Below are positions 19,830 through 28,980 of a DNA stretch of 64,000 bases, in pieces. The notes below the pieces were generated by a model. It ran no database searches and was not told the origin of the DNA. It saw only the letters and a list, made by a program, of their open reading frames with translations. This DNA comes from an uncultured Candidatus Saccharibacteria bacterium (GTDB lineage: Bacteria > Patescibacteriota > Minisyncoccia > Phycocordibacterales > UBA918). Position numbers and translations under genes: made by a program. The stretch covers positions 73,339 to 137,338 of the forward strand of contig CAZRNZ010000002.1 in NCBI GenBank assembly GCA_964601615.1, read 5' to 3'. The stretch's first letter is position 1, and each line of letters starts with the position of its first letter.

Positions 19830-21347
19830 TTACTGACTCAATAAGATACCATCATAGTCAAACTCTCCCCCACAATTTTGTTTACTTATGGCGGTATCAT
19901 ACTTGAACCTATCTACCATCTGAGAGAATTCAAGGTCTATATAGGATATCTTTAATTCTTGATTTTTGTAAGCGGTTTGGAATAAACCTTGAGTTTTATA
20001 GGCATTATAAGATACTAAAGCAGCATTTTTAGTTGTTGCATCGCTAGATGAATACTGTGTATCAAGGGTTGTAAGGATTGAGATTGTAGTAGATGCGACA
20101 CTGGTACCTGCCAGACCGTTTTCTCTTGCCTTTTTTAGTTCATCTGTTAACTCCATGTCAAAACAAGGAGAAAATTCTTCTTTGTTTTGATCTAATTTTG
20201 TTTGCAGTGCTGAAACTTCATTTAGTATATGTTGTTGAAGTTGTAAATACTCTTGTTCTATCGCCAAAGCTTCTTTTATTACGTTTGAATTATTAACTTG
20301 GTATTGCGTAATATTATCGGTTATTAATGCTTCGACATAAGAAAGTGCTCCATCTGGTCCAAATATACTCTGGCTATATATTGGGTTTCCAGTTAATCCG
20401 AGAACTCCAGTTAGACCCTGCAAAGCTTGGTTGGCAAGATTGTTCATCAAATTAGAAGCAATTTCATTAAATTCATCCATGTTCAACATCTGCAAACCTG
20501 GAAGTTCGACCAAGTTGAAAGAGACCATATCAGCCGCCAATGATGGAGGATTTACAATACGACAGTCAGTTCTATTTCCGCCGTTTGCTGTTTCAACATC
20601 TGTACATACTCGCTGAGGCAACATACCTCTCGTGTTACTTATTAGATCACGCTCATTTTGAATAGCATTGGCCTGTCTTCTATTTAAAGTATTTTGACCT
20701 TCATAAACAGCACACATATCATCACGACAGTTTACAAAATCACCTAAAAGTCTATGTGAAATACTTTTGTATTGATTCGTATCCCCTTCTGTTGACTGAA
20801 GCACTCCACCATTAACTCCTTTTTCCCGCTGGCTTAAGTAACCATTATAAAGAGCAGTTCTCACACGGTGTGCTTTCTCTGGGTCAGATTGACCACTAGT
20901 GTCTAGACCTTCTGAGAAAATAAAATCACCAGCAACTTGGTCATTTATATTTTGGTAATACTCAGAATAATTTTGGACAAACGGAATTTGCCCATCTTGA
21001 CCTGGTTGTTGACCGCCTAGCCATTTGAGTAATTCTCCAGTAAGTTGTTGTTGCATCTGCTTGGCCATTCCCCAAGCCGCTGGGTCAAGAACTTGTTCCT
21101 TGAAGAGTAATTGTTCAATTGCGTCAGCAGTTTGTCCTCCTGTAATAGAGGATAAGGTTGTTTTAATCGCTGTTGTAATAGCTGATTCAGAAGCATCACT
21201 GATTATGCGAACATTTTGCACTCCTGAACCAAATATATTTCCTGCTATACTGCCAAGTAGATCCCCTAGTTGCGCTTCGGCCTTCAGGTTTGTAAAACCA
21301 AAAGTTAGACAAAATATAGTTAGGAAGATTGTTATTTTTGTTTTCAT
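19830..21347 (-). CDS. Secreted Cys-containing protein, T4SS-like operon
   Basis: Signal peptide MKTKITIFLTIFCLTFGFTNLKAEA, 505 aa, multiple Cys pairs. Confidence 0.5.
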   Translation of the reverse strand: MKTKITIFLTIFCLTFGFTNLKAEAQLGDLLGSIAGNIFGSGVQNVRIISDASESAITTAIKTTLSSITGGQTADAIEQLLFKEQVLDPAAWGMAKQMQQQLTGELLKWLGGQQPGQDGQIPFVQNYSEYYQNINDQVAGDFIFSEGLDTSGQSDPEKAHRVRTALYNGYLSQREKGVNGGVLQSTEGDTNQYKSISHRLLGDFVNCRDDMCAVYEGQNTLNRRQANAIQNERDLISNTRGMLPQRVCTDVETANGGNRTDCRIVNPPSLAADMVSFNLVELPGLQMLNMDEFNEIASNLMNNLANQALQGLTGVLGLTGNPIYSQSIFGPDGALSYVEALITDNITQYQVNNSNVIKEALAIEQEYLQLQQHILNEVSALQTKLDQNKEEFSPCFDMELTDELKKARENGLAGTSVASTTISILTTLDTQYSSSDATTKNAALVSYNAYKTQGLFQTAYKNQELKISYIDLEFSQMVDRFKYDTAISKQNCGGEFDYDGILLSQ

Positions 21348-21349
21348 AA

Positions 21350-22207
21350 TTACTCTATTTTTATAAAGCGAGAAGCAATATCATTATTATTCCATTTTAT
21401 TCCCAATTTATCTAAAGAAAGATAAAGATTAGATATTGCCAAATAAAGAGCTTCTGTATCTGACTGATATCTTTGGAGTCTTGCCATTGCTGGAAAAGCA
21501 TCATTAAATAGATTTTTAAATGCTTTGATATCTTTCAATATTGCGTTGTAAACATTTATTAGTGAAAGATGTTCTTTAACTAGAGATGGAGGTACTTCAG
21601 TTGCCAACATTGCAGAAATCATTTTTTCGTAAGATTCGATAATTGGATCGAGATCATTTAGTATCTCAGCCTTGTTTCTATTAAGAGCCCGGTTCACTAT
21701 TAGTAGTTCATTGTCTGTATTTGCTGGAGGAGCAAAATCAAAAGTAATGGCTGCAACTTTATTTCCGTAAGTACGAAGAATTTCTTGGTTATTACTTGAA
21801 CCAACTTTAATATCACTTCTGTCATATTGGATATCTAAACTTTCTTGTCTTACTTGCGAAAGAAGAGAGTCGGTATTTTGATTACCTGATGTGTTACCTA
21901 TATATGATTGGGTCGCTAAAGTTACAGCCAGCGCTGCAGTTTTTGTCATGGTGGCTGAATTATTCTCCCCTCCTAAATGAATGGTTGGGATATTTAAAGA
22001 TTCTTGCCAGTCTGGAATTCCATCAAAGTTTTTGTCTGTAATGTTAATAAAAGTTCTAGTGTTGCTCACTAGTGTTGGTGCAACTTTATTTGTTTCTTCT
22101 CTATCCTCTTTATATATTGATGCTACAAAAGAAGTACCAACCAAAGTTAGTCCAAACAAGGAAGCGGCTGCGATTTTCGGATTTATTTTTATTCCCATCT
22201 TATCCAC
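21350..22207 (-). CDS. Secreted or membrane-anchored protein, first gene of the T4SS-like operon
   Basis: N-terminal hydrophobic segment. The ORF-track start at 22207 is a GTG; the first ATG is at 22198. Confidence 0.5.
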   Translation of the reverse strand: MDKMGIKINPKIAAASLFGLTLVGTSFVASIYKEDREETNKVAPTLVSNTRTFINITDKNFDGIPDWQESLNIPTIHLGGENNSATMTKTAALAVTLATQSYIGNTSGNQNTDSLLSQVRQESLDIQYDRSDIKVGSSNNQEILRTYGNKVAAITFDFAPPANTDNELLIVNRALNRNKAEILNDLDPIIESYEKMISAMLATEVPPSLVKEHLSLINVYNAILKDIKAFKNLFNDAFPAMARLQRYQSDTEALYLAISNLYLSLDKLGIKWNNNDIASRFIKIE

Positions 22208-22210
22208 AAA

Positions 22211-22250
22211 TTATAACAGCCGCCAAATTTATTTGGCGGCTGTTATCAAC
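22211..22250. terminator. Perfect hairpin, rsmA terminator, abutting the first start codon of the T4SS-like operon
   Basis: gttataacagccgccaaat / atttggcggctgttatcaac, an about 19-bp stem. Confidence 0.6.
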
Positions 22251-22255
22251 TTTAT

Positions 22256-23071
22256 TTAAGATAAATCCTTAATTTCTTTACAAATCGCTAACCACTTTTC
22301 TAGTGGTACATCCTCACCTCTTATATCTAGTGATAAATCTAGTTTTAAAAATAATTCTTCTAATTTTTTACGCTCGTAATTTTTAGATAGGTTTCCAATA
22401 AGTTGCTTTCTCTTTGAACCAAAACCTAAATGGATTATTTCAAAAAAAAGTTCAGCCGAAACTTCCGATAGCTTGTCTTTGTTTATTTCGTAAACTGCCA
22501 CAATAGCTGAATCAACTTTTGGCGGTGGGGTGAAGTGTCCCTTACCAACTGATTTAATGTATTTAGGTTTTCCAAATACTTGTATTGATAATGATAGAAG
22601 TGACTCCTTCTCCCCTTTCATAACTCCGGTCGTCGCTCTTTTACCAACTTCTTTTTGTACCAAAAAAACTAGTGTGTTTGGTTGAATATCGCCAGCTAAA
22701 AATGTTCTAAATAATTGTCCAGTAATGTAGTAAGGAATATTTGCTACTGCCTTAAAAGATTTGTTCGGCAAATTTAAATCACGCAAATCAAACTGGCGAA
22801 CATCAGCATTATGCACAACAAGTTGTCCATTTGAAATTTCTTCAGCAAAAGTTTTTTCTAAAACTTCAATTGCTCTGCTGTCAGTTTCGAGTGCAATAAC
22901 TTTTGCACCTCGTTTCAAAATTTCTTTTGTGAGCGCACCAGTTCCTGGTCCAACTTCTACGACCAAATCATCTTCAGTAAGTTCTCCGGCATCACACATC
23001 CAACGCGGAACAACATCACTGTTCAAAAAGTGTTGCCCAAGAGATTTTTTTGTTTGAAATTTTTCTGTCAT
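22256..23071 (-). CDS. rsmA: 16S rRNA (adenine1518/1519-N6)-dimethyltransferase
   Basis: KKSLGQHFL N-terminus and the SAM-binding VVEVGPGTGALT motif. Confidence 0.9.
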   Translation of the reverse strand: MTEKFQTKKSLGQHFLNSDVVPRWMCDAGELTEDDLVVEVGPGTGALTKEILKRGAKVIALETDSRAIEVLEKTFAEEISNGQLVVHNADVRQFDLRDLNLPNKSFKAVANIPYYITGQLFRTFLAGDIQPNTLVFLVQKEVGKRATTGVMKGEKESLLSLSIQVFGKPKYIKSVGKGHFTPPPKVDSAIVAVYEINKDKLSEVSAELFFEIIHLGFGSKRKQLIGNLSKNYERKKLEELFLKLDLSLDIRGEDVPLEKWLAICKEIKDLS

Positions 23072-23152
23072 TTAGTTCAAGCAATATACTCTGTTAATTT
23101 AAAAAATAAAACCCCTTGTCTATGAAATTTTCTTTAGAAAAATTTTATAAAC

Positions 23153-23188
23153 AAAAATCCTGGTATCTTTTCGGATACAAGGATTTTT
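23153..23188 (-). terminator. Terminator downstream of the TrpR-like gene
   Basis: aaaaatcctggtatcttttcggatacaaggattttt. Confidence 0.6.
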
Positions 23189-23194
23189 AAAAAG

Positions 23195-23617
23195 TTACTT
23201 TTTTGTACTGAACATGTTGAGTAGAAGAAAGTGCTCAGACTTTTTGTTTTTTGTGCCGGCAAAATTGAAAGCATTTGCCCATAATTTTTTACTCTGTTTT
23301 GGAGTAGGGTTACTTTTGTATGACTCTACAATTTCTTCGTAACCAGGTATTTTTTTGTTAAGCCATTGCCTTGTCTGCGAAACAGTATTTGGACTGACTT
23401 GTAGACGTTCCCTGATATTTGTTCGTGTTTCACCCTCCATTAACATCATGGCAATCATCACTCTTCTGCCGATTGTGATCTTTTCACTGTCTGTAAGAAG
23501 GTCATTGATAAATGTTATTACAGGCTCTTCTCCCTGTATGTTTCGCGCCGTCTTGTACAGCACATTTAGTGCCTCGTCTCGACTTTGTGGTGATAATTTT
23601 TCAATTTTTATACTCAT
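23195..23617 (-). CDS. TrpR-like YerC/YecD family DNA-binding protein
   Basis: LLTDSEKITIGRRVMIAMMLMEGETRTNIRERLQVSPNTVSQTRQWLN matches the YerC/YecD TrpR-like helix-turn-helix pattern. Confidence 0.55.
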   Translation of the reverse strand: MSIKIEKLSPQSRDEALNVLYKTARNIQGEEPVITFINDLLTDSEKITIGRRVMIAMMLMEGETRTNIRERLQVSPNTVSQTRQWLNKKIPGYEEIVESYKSNPTPKQSKKLWANAFNFAGTKNKKSEHFLLLNMFSTKK

Positions 23618-23659
23618 GTTTATTTGTCGTACTGTTAATAATACATGAACTTTTTGAAA

Positions 23660-25630
23660 CTAGATGTGGATAGTAAAATCATCGTCCCAATCATCTAATA
23701 ATCCTCCGGTTCGTTTTTTAACTTCACTTCCACCACCCTCAATTTCTAGTAAATCTTGATTGATGTCAGAAATAAATGATGATGGCATAGCAGAATTTGT
23801 TGTACCAAACACCATGCGTGAATGTGCGTAAGTTAGATAGAGTTTTTTACCAGCTCGAGTAAGTGCTACATAAAATAATCGACGCTCCTCTTCTTTGTCT
23901 ATTCCCTTGTCATCAAGTCTTTGGTGTGGAAATAATCCTTCTTCAAGTCCGGTAATAAACACATAAGGAAATTCCAAACCTTTAGCTGCATGTACTGTCA
24001 TCAGTCGAACTGCATCGCTCTCTTTTTTTTCTTCCAGCTCGTCTTGATCGCTTTGTAGTGATGCATCTTCGAGTAGAGCTTCAACCGCTTCTTCTGGTTC
24101 AAGTTCATCGTAACGAGTTGCTAGTGAAACTAATTCCCGCAAGTTTTCTAGTCTTTCTAAATCATCTTCAGTGCCACCTTTTTTGAAAGTCATTTCCATA
24201 CCAGTTCTGGCAATAATAAATTTCAATGTATCAGATATTTTTTTAGTTCTAGCTTCGTCAGCAATATCTATCATCATTTGTTCGAACGCTTCCACCTTGC
24301 CTAATGTTGCACCTTTTAGTTCATCTCTTTGTCCAGCTAGAATTTTTAGCACAGTTACTTTTCCAATGCCGCGAGCTGGAGTATTGATGATTCTTGATAG
24401 ATCGGCAGCTGATTCTGGATTAAGAGCAAGTCGTAAAAATGACAAAACATCCTTCACTTCTTTTCTTTCAAAAAACTTTACTCCTAAAACTTGATAAGGA
24501 ACATCTGCTTTTAGAAATGCTTCTTCTAACAAACGCGATTGAGAGTTGGTGCGAAATAGAATGGCAATTTCTGACGGCGATATTCCTTCTTCTATCAATC
24601 TGATTGATTCGTTAGCGACATACTCAGCTTCATGGTTGCCAGAAAATCCGCCAAACAATTTTATTTTTTCACCGGAATCATTGTTGGTAAAAACTGTTTT
24701 TGGAACTCGGTTTTGGTTTTTCTCAATGATTAGATTAGATGCCTCGATAATGGTTTTTGTTGAGCGATAATTCTCTTCCAGTAAGATGGTTTTGGCATTA
24801 TTGAAATGTCTTTCAAACTGCAAAACATTTTTTATATCAGCTCCACGCCAAGAATAAATTGACTGATCAATATCTCCTACCACACAAATATTTTGTCTTT
24901 CACCGGAAAGTAGTCGAGCAATTTCGTACTGCACTTTGTTGGTGTCTTGGTATTCGTCGATGTGAATGTAACTAAAACGGTTTTGTAATTTCTCCCGCAC
25001 TTGCTGATTGTTTTCCAGAAGTCGTAAAGTCTTCAAAAGTAGGTCATCAAAATCTAGTGATTTATCTTTTTGAAGTTTTTGGTCGTACTTCTCCCAAACT
25101 TCCGCCGCTACTCTTTCTGGGTAACTTGATGCATTTTCTGAAAAAGTCGCTCGAGAGATTGCGTCACCTTTTGCCTTCGATATTATTGAAAGTACCTTGC
25201 GAGGCTCAAACTCTTTTGGGTTGTAGTTTGCTTCTTCTATAGAAGCTTTGATAGCTTTGTTGCTGTCACTTCTATCATATATTGTGAAGTGTCTCGGTAG
25301 TCCAACCTCTTCGTGAAACTCTCGTAAGATGCGTACACCAAAAGAGTGGAAAGTTGTCACCAACGGTGAGCTGTCTATCATTGCTCTGTCCGAAGGCGGG
25401 TATTGTTTGATTAGATTCACTGCTCTCTCCCTCATTTCTTTAGCAGCTTTGTTAGTAAAGGTCACAGCCAAGATATTTCTCGGCTCCGTTCCTTTATGAA
25501 TAAGATGAACTATTCGATGAGTAACGGTTTTTGTTTTTCCAGAACCTGCACCAGCCAAAACCAATAAAGGTCCTTCGGTGTGTAACACCACTTCTTTTTG
25601 TTTGTCGTTTAGTCCATCAAGATATTGCAT
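23660..25630 (-). CDS. pcrA: ATP-dependent DNA helicase UvrD/PcrA
   Basis: Walker A AGAGSGKTKTVTHRI, and the full set of UvrD helicase motifs including DEYQDTN and VTFTNKAA. Confidence 0.92.
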   Translation of the reverse strand: MQYLDGLNDKQKEVVLHTEGPLLVLAGAGSGKTKTVTHRIVHLIHKGTEPRNILAVTFTNKAAKEMRERAVNLIKQYPPSDRAMIDSSPLVTTFHSFGVRILREFHEEVGLPRHFTIYDRSDSNKAIKASIEEANYNPKEFEPRKVLSIISKAKGDAISRATFSENASSYPERVAAEVWEKYDQKLQKDKSLDFDDLLLKTLRLLENNQQVREKLQNRFSYIHIDEYQDTNKVQYEIARLLSGERQNICVVGDIDQSIYSWRGADIKNVLQFERHFNNAKTILLEENYRSTKTIIEASNLIIEKNQNRVPKTVFTNNDSGEKIKLFGGFSGNHEAEYVANESIRLIEEGISPSEIAILFRTNSQSRLLEEAFLKADVPYQVLGVKFFERKEVKDVLSFLRLALNPESAADLSRIINTPARGIGKVTVLKILAGQRDELKGATLGKVEAFEQMMIDIADEARTKKISDTLKFIIARTGMEMTFKKGGTEDDLERLENLRELVSLATRYDELEPEEAVEALLEDASLQSDQDELEEKKESDAVRLMTVHAAKGLEFPYVFITGLEEGLFPHQRLDDKGIDKEEERRLFYVALTRAGKKLYLTYAHSRMVFGTTNSAMPSSFISDINQDLLEIEGGGSEVKKRTGGLLDDWDDDFTIHI

Positions 25631-25946
25631 AGTTGCACATTATATATGAACAGGTGCTAAAAAGTTAGAAATTATTTTTAATTCAGTGTCAATACTTAGA
25701 ATATCAATGAATATATAGCTTTATTGACACTTTTTTTAAGCGCTGCAAAAAGTGGAATACGTCAATTGCCTACAACTGGGGTTCTTGTATCATAGTCTAG
25801 CTTAGAGTGATAAGCTCTTTTATACAGAATGTCCCGTAATGGTTGATAGATGCGGCGAGTCCTTAATTATTTGAATTATTCAAACTTCAGAACAAGATTC
25901 GGACGGCAGTAAACGTACGAACAAATTAGAACTAATTTATAAGCCG

Positions 25947-27038
25947 GTGGCTTTTTTGAAGAATAGAAAATTTACTGTACTCGACGGTTTTTTTCTTTGT
26001 GCACTAGTCATGATTCCTCTCTCAGTTCAGGCGGGGGTATTTTCTAAAGTCACTGGTATCTTCAATAGTAACGAAGTTGTCTATGATAAGTATGCAACAA
26101 ATTCCTCTGCTAGTGACCTGAAGCTTTTGACCGCTCGTGTGAACCCTGAAACCACTTCTCATCAGGGAGGAGGAGATGTTTTTGTAGATGAAGGCGCTCT
26201 TCTTTCTGGTGGGCAGTTTAATATGGATACAGTCTCTGGTTCAGCAAGTAGTGGTGAGATTAGTATCCACACAGTTAGACCTTGTACTGAATCTGGTTGT
26301 GAAACTTTGTCTCATATTGCTGAAATGTATGGAGTTTCGGTAAATACTATTCTTTGGGCTAACGACATTAGTGATCCAAAGAGTGTTCGTGCTGGAGACA
26401 CTTTAGTAATATTGCCTATTACTGGTGTTCGACACATTGTAAAAGACAAAGAAACATTAGCTTCTATTGCTAAAAAGTATGGTGCAGAAACCTCAGAACA
26501 GGTTGCTGCCATGACGAGTGACATTATGGCTTACAACCGCTTGGCATCAGCTAGTGAAATTAGCGTTGGTGATACAGTTGTGATTCCTGGAGGAGTTATG
26601 CATACCGCTGCGGTATCTAGTACGATAGCAAAAAGTAGCTCATCCTCATCTTCTTCTGCATCTCGTTCAACTGCAACTACAGCTCGTAGTTCTGGAGCAG
26701 GTTTTGTTAATCCTTTACCAGGTGGAGTTAGGACTCAGGGTATCCATGGTTACAATGCAGTCGATATTGCTGCCGCTTCCGGTACTCCAATTAGGGCTGC
26801 CGCTGACGGTGAAGTAATCGTTTCTCGTAGTAGTGGTTGGAATGGTGGCTATGGAATCTATATTGTTATCAAACATGCTAATGGTGCTCAAACTTTGTAT
26901 TCACATATGTCTGGTGTAACTGTTGGGTCTGGTGCGCGTGTAACTGCAGGTGAAACAATCGGTTACGTTGGTAACACTGGTAAGTCTACCGGTCCCCACC
27001 TACACTTCGAGGTTCGTGGTGCGACCAATCCTTTTTAG
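25947..27038 (+). CDS. Cell-wall endopeptidase with two LysM domains and a C-terminal peptidase M23 domain
   Basis: Signal/TM N-terminus, two LysM repeats, Ser-rich linker, and M23 motifs HxxxD and HLHFEV. Confidence 0.88.
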   Translation: MAFLKNRKFTVLDGFFLCALVMIPLSVQAGVFSKVTGIFNSNEVVYDKYATNSSASDLKLLTARVNPETTSHQGGGDVFVDEGALLSGGQFNMDTVSGSASSGEISIHTVRPCTESGCETLSHIAEMYGVSVNTILWANDISDPKSVRAGDTLVILPITGVRHIVKDKETLASIAKKYGAETSEQVAAMTSDIMAYNRLASASEISVGDTVVIPGGVMHTAAVSSTIAKSSSSSSSSASRSTATTARSSGAGFVNPLPGGVRTQGIHGYNAVDIAAASGTPIRAAADGEVIVSRSSGWNGGYGIYIVIKHANGAQTLYSHMSGVTVGSGARVTAGETIGYVGNTGKSTGPHLHFEVRGATNPF

Positions 27039-27041
27039 TTT

Positions 27042-27069
27042 TTTAATAAAAGAGCGCGCCGTAGGCGCG
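27042..27069. terminator. Bidirectional terminator
   Basis: aaagagcgcgccgtaggcgcgctcttt. Confidence 0.7.
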
Positions 27070-27082
27070 CTCTTTTATTTTG

Positions 27083-28600
27083 TTAAATTTTTACTCTAAA
27101 TTGCAATGCTTCATATATATGTCTATTTTCTATCTCAGAATCATTTTCAAGATCAGCAATTGTACGAGCAACCTTAATTAGTCTATGTAATCCGCGTGGC
27201 GATAGATTTAGTTTAGTCGAAGATTGTTTTAGTAATTCTCTGACTTCTGGTGAAAGTGTTATGAGTTCATCTAAATCTCGACTCGACATTCTGGAGTTAA
27301 TAGTAATTCCCTTTCCTGCAAATCTTTCTTTTTGTTTGGCTCTAGCTTGTTGAATTTTTTCTCGAGCAATTTTAGTTTCGTCAGAAGTTTTTGTTTTTGT
27401 GGTTAGTGTTTCGTAATCTACGTGCGGAACATTTAACCACAAATCAATTCTATCCAAGATCGGTCCAGATATTTTTCCTTTGTATGTTTCCATCATAGTG
27501 GAAGCGTAGTCAGTAGTACCATCTTCGGTACCTCTATAAGGATTAAGTGCGGCTACCAAAACAAAGTCCGCTGGAAAATTTTCTGTCCCTTTTACTCTCG
27601 AAATTGTTACACATCTATCCTCTAGCGGTTGGCGCAGAGAATCAAGTGAACGTCTGTCGAACTCGGGAAACTCGTCCATAAACAAAACACCTTTATGAGC
27701 TAGGGTGACCTCGCCAGGTTTGGGATTGCTGCCACCGCCCACTAAACTTGTGAAACTAGCGGTGTGATGTGGTGTACGAAAAGGTGGACTTGAGGTTATT
27801 TGTTTTTGCAGTGAACCGACTATTGAGTGTATTGCCATGACTTCCAGGGCCTCTTCTTTGGTTAGAGGGGGTAAAAGTCCTTGAAAGGTTCTGGCCAGCA
27901 TTGTCTTTCCAGTTCCTGGCGGTCCGGCCATAATTATATTATGTAAACCTGCAGCAGCAATCATTAATCCGCGTTTAGCACTTTCTTGTCCCTTGATATC
28001 CTCAAGTCTAATATGCAAATCCATCCAATTATCAGAAATAATTGTTTCTTCTGATTCTGGAATTAAGCAGTGGTTTTCACGAGTACTATCTAGGTGATTA
28101 ATAACTTCATTTAAAGTTTTTGCGCCACGAACACAAATTCCCTCTACTAAAGAAGCTTCCTCACTATTTCCTTCTGGTACGATTACTTCAGTAAAGCCAT
28201 TATTTTTAGCAGTCATTACTGCAGATAATATTCCCTTCACTTCACGAAGCGATCCGTCTAATGAAAGTTCTCCTAAAAAGAGTGTCTTACTTACATCACC
28301 TTTAATTATTTTTGCAGCCAAAAGATATGCGATTGCCATTGGCAGATCAAAGATAGGCCCATCCTTTTTAAGATCGGCGGGCGCTAATGAGATTATTATT
28401 TTGTGATTCTCACTTTTCGGTGATTTGAAACCAGAGTTTTTAACAGCAGAACCAATTCTGTCTCGTGCTTCCTCAACCGCTTTTCCTGGTAGTCCAACAA
28501 CAGAAAAAGAGTACAGACCCCGTGAAAGATCTGCCTCTATTGTGATAATATCTCCGCGTAATACACCTGGCTGAGCAGTGAATACGCGAGCGACACTCAT
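27083..28600 (-). CDS. comM: Mg-chelatase-like AAA+ ATPase YifB/ComM
   Basis: Lon-like N-domain, Walker A GPPGTGKTMLAR, Walker B VLFMDEFPEF. Confidence 0.9.
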   Translation of the reverse strand: MSVARVFTAQPGVLRGDIITIEADLSRGLYSFSVVGLPGKAVEEARDRIGSAVKNSGFKSPKSENHKIIISLAPADLKKDGPIFDLPMAIAYLLAAKIIKGDVSKTLFLGELSLDGSLREVKGILSAVMTAKNNGFTEVIVPEGNSEEASLVEGICVRGAKTLNEVINHLDSTRENHCLIPESEETIISDNWMDLHIRLEDIKGQESAKRGLMIAAAGLHNIIMAGPPGTGKTMLARTFQGLLPPLTKEEALEVMAIHSIVGSLQKQITSSPPFRTPHHTASFTSLVGGGSNPKPGEVTLAHKGVLFMDEFPEFDRRSLDSLRQPLEDRCVTISRVKGTENFPADFVLVAALNPYRGTEDGTTDYASTMMETYKGKISGPILDRIDLWLNVPHVDYETLTTKTKTSDETKIAREKIQQARAKQKERFAGKGITINSRMSSRDLDELITLSPEVRELLKQSSTKLNLSPRGLHRLIKVARTIADLENDSEIENRHIYEALQFRVKI

Positions 28601-28977
28601 GGAGTTTCGTTCATGTGCTGTTTACAAGTACGAGCAGAAGGGTTTGCTTCCAAACGGTCTTCTTCTATCTGCTCACCTGACACTTCGCATATTCCATAAG
28701 TACCTTGTTCAATTTTTTCTAGAGCCAACGTAATGTTGTTGTATCTGGTTTCAAGTTGAGCCAAAGTCGCTCGCCTTTCATCGTAAGCCTCGGTACGATC
28801 TGCTACGTCATTTAAATCTGCGCTAACTACATCTAAATCGTCAGCTCTTTCTACCCAATCTCCGGCAACATCAGGATTTTTTACTCCCAATTCATTTAGG
28901 GATTCTTTGATCTTACTCAAATCTTCCTCTAAAAGATTTTTGTATTTTTCTGTGTTCATATTAAATAATATTAACAC
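28597..28977 (-). CDS. DksA/TraR-family protein with a degenerate C4 zinc finger
   Basis: C-terminal YGICEVSGEQIEEDRLEANPSARTCKQH aligns with the DksA/TraR C4 region, but only 2 of the 4 Cys are retained. Coiled-coil N-terminus. 4-bp overlap with comM. Confidence 0.55.
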   Translation of the reverse strand: MLILFNMNTEKYKNLLEEDLSKIKESLNELGVKNPDVAGDWVERADDLDVVSADLNDVADRTEAYDERRATLAQLETRYNNITLALEKIEQGTYGICEVSGEQIEEDRLEANPSARTCKQHMNETP

Positions 28978-28980
28978 GTT

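Noticed and set aside
11123-22207. Conjugative or mobilisable element interpretation of the VirB4 locus
   Set aside because: No relaxase, coupling protein (VirD4/TcpA), VirB11, integrase or flanking repeats were found. Gene spacing and the oriC-proximal location suggest a stable chromosomal apparatus.
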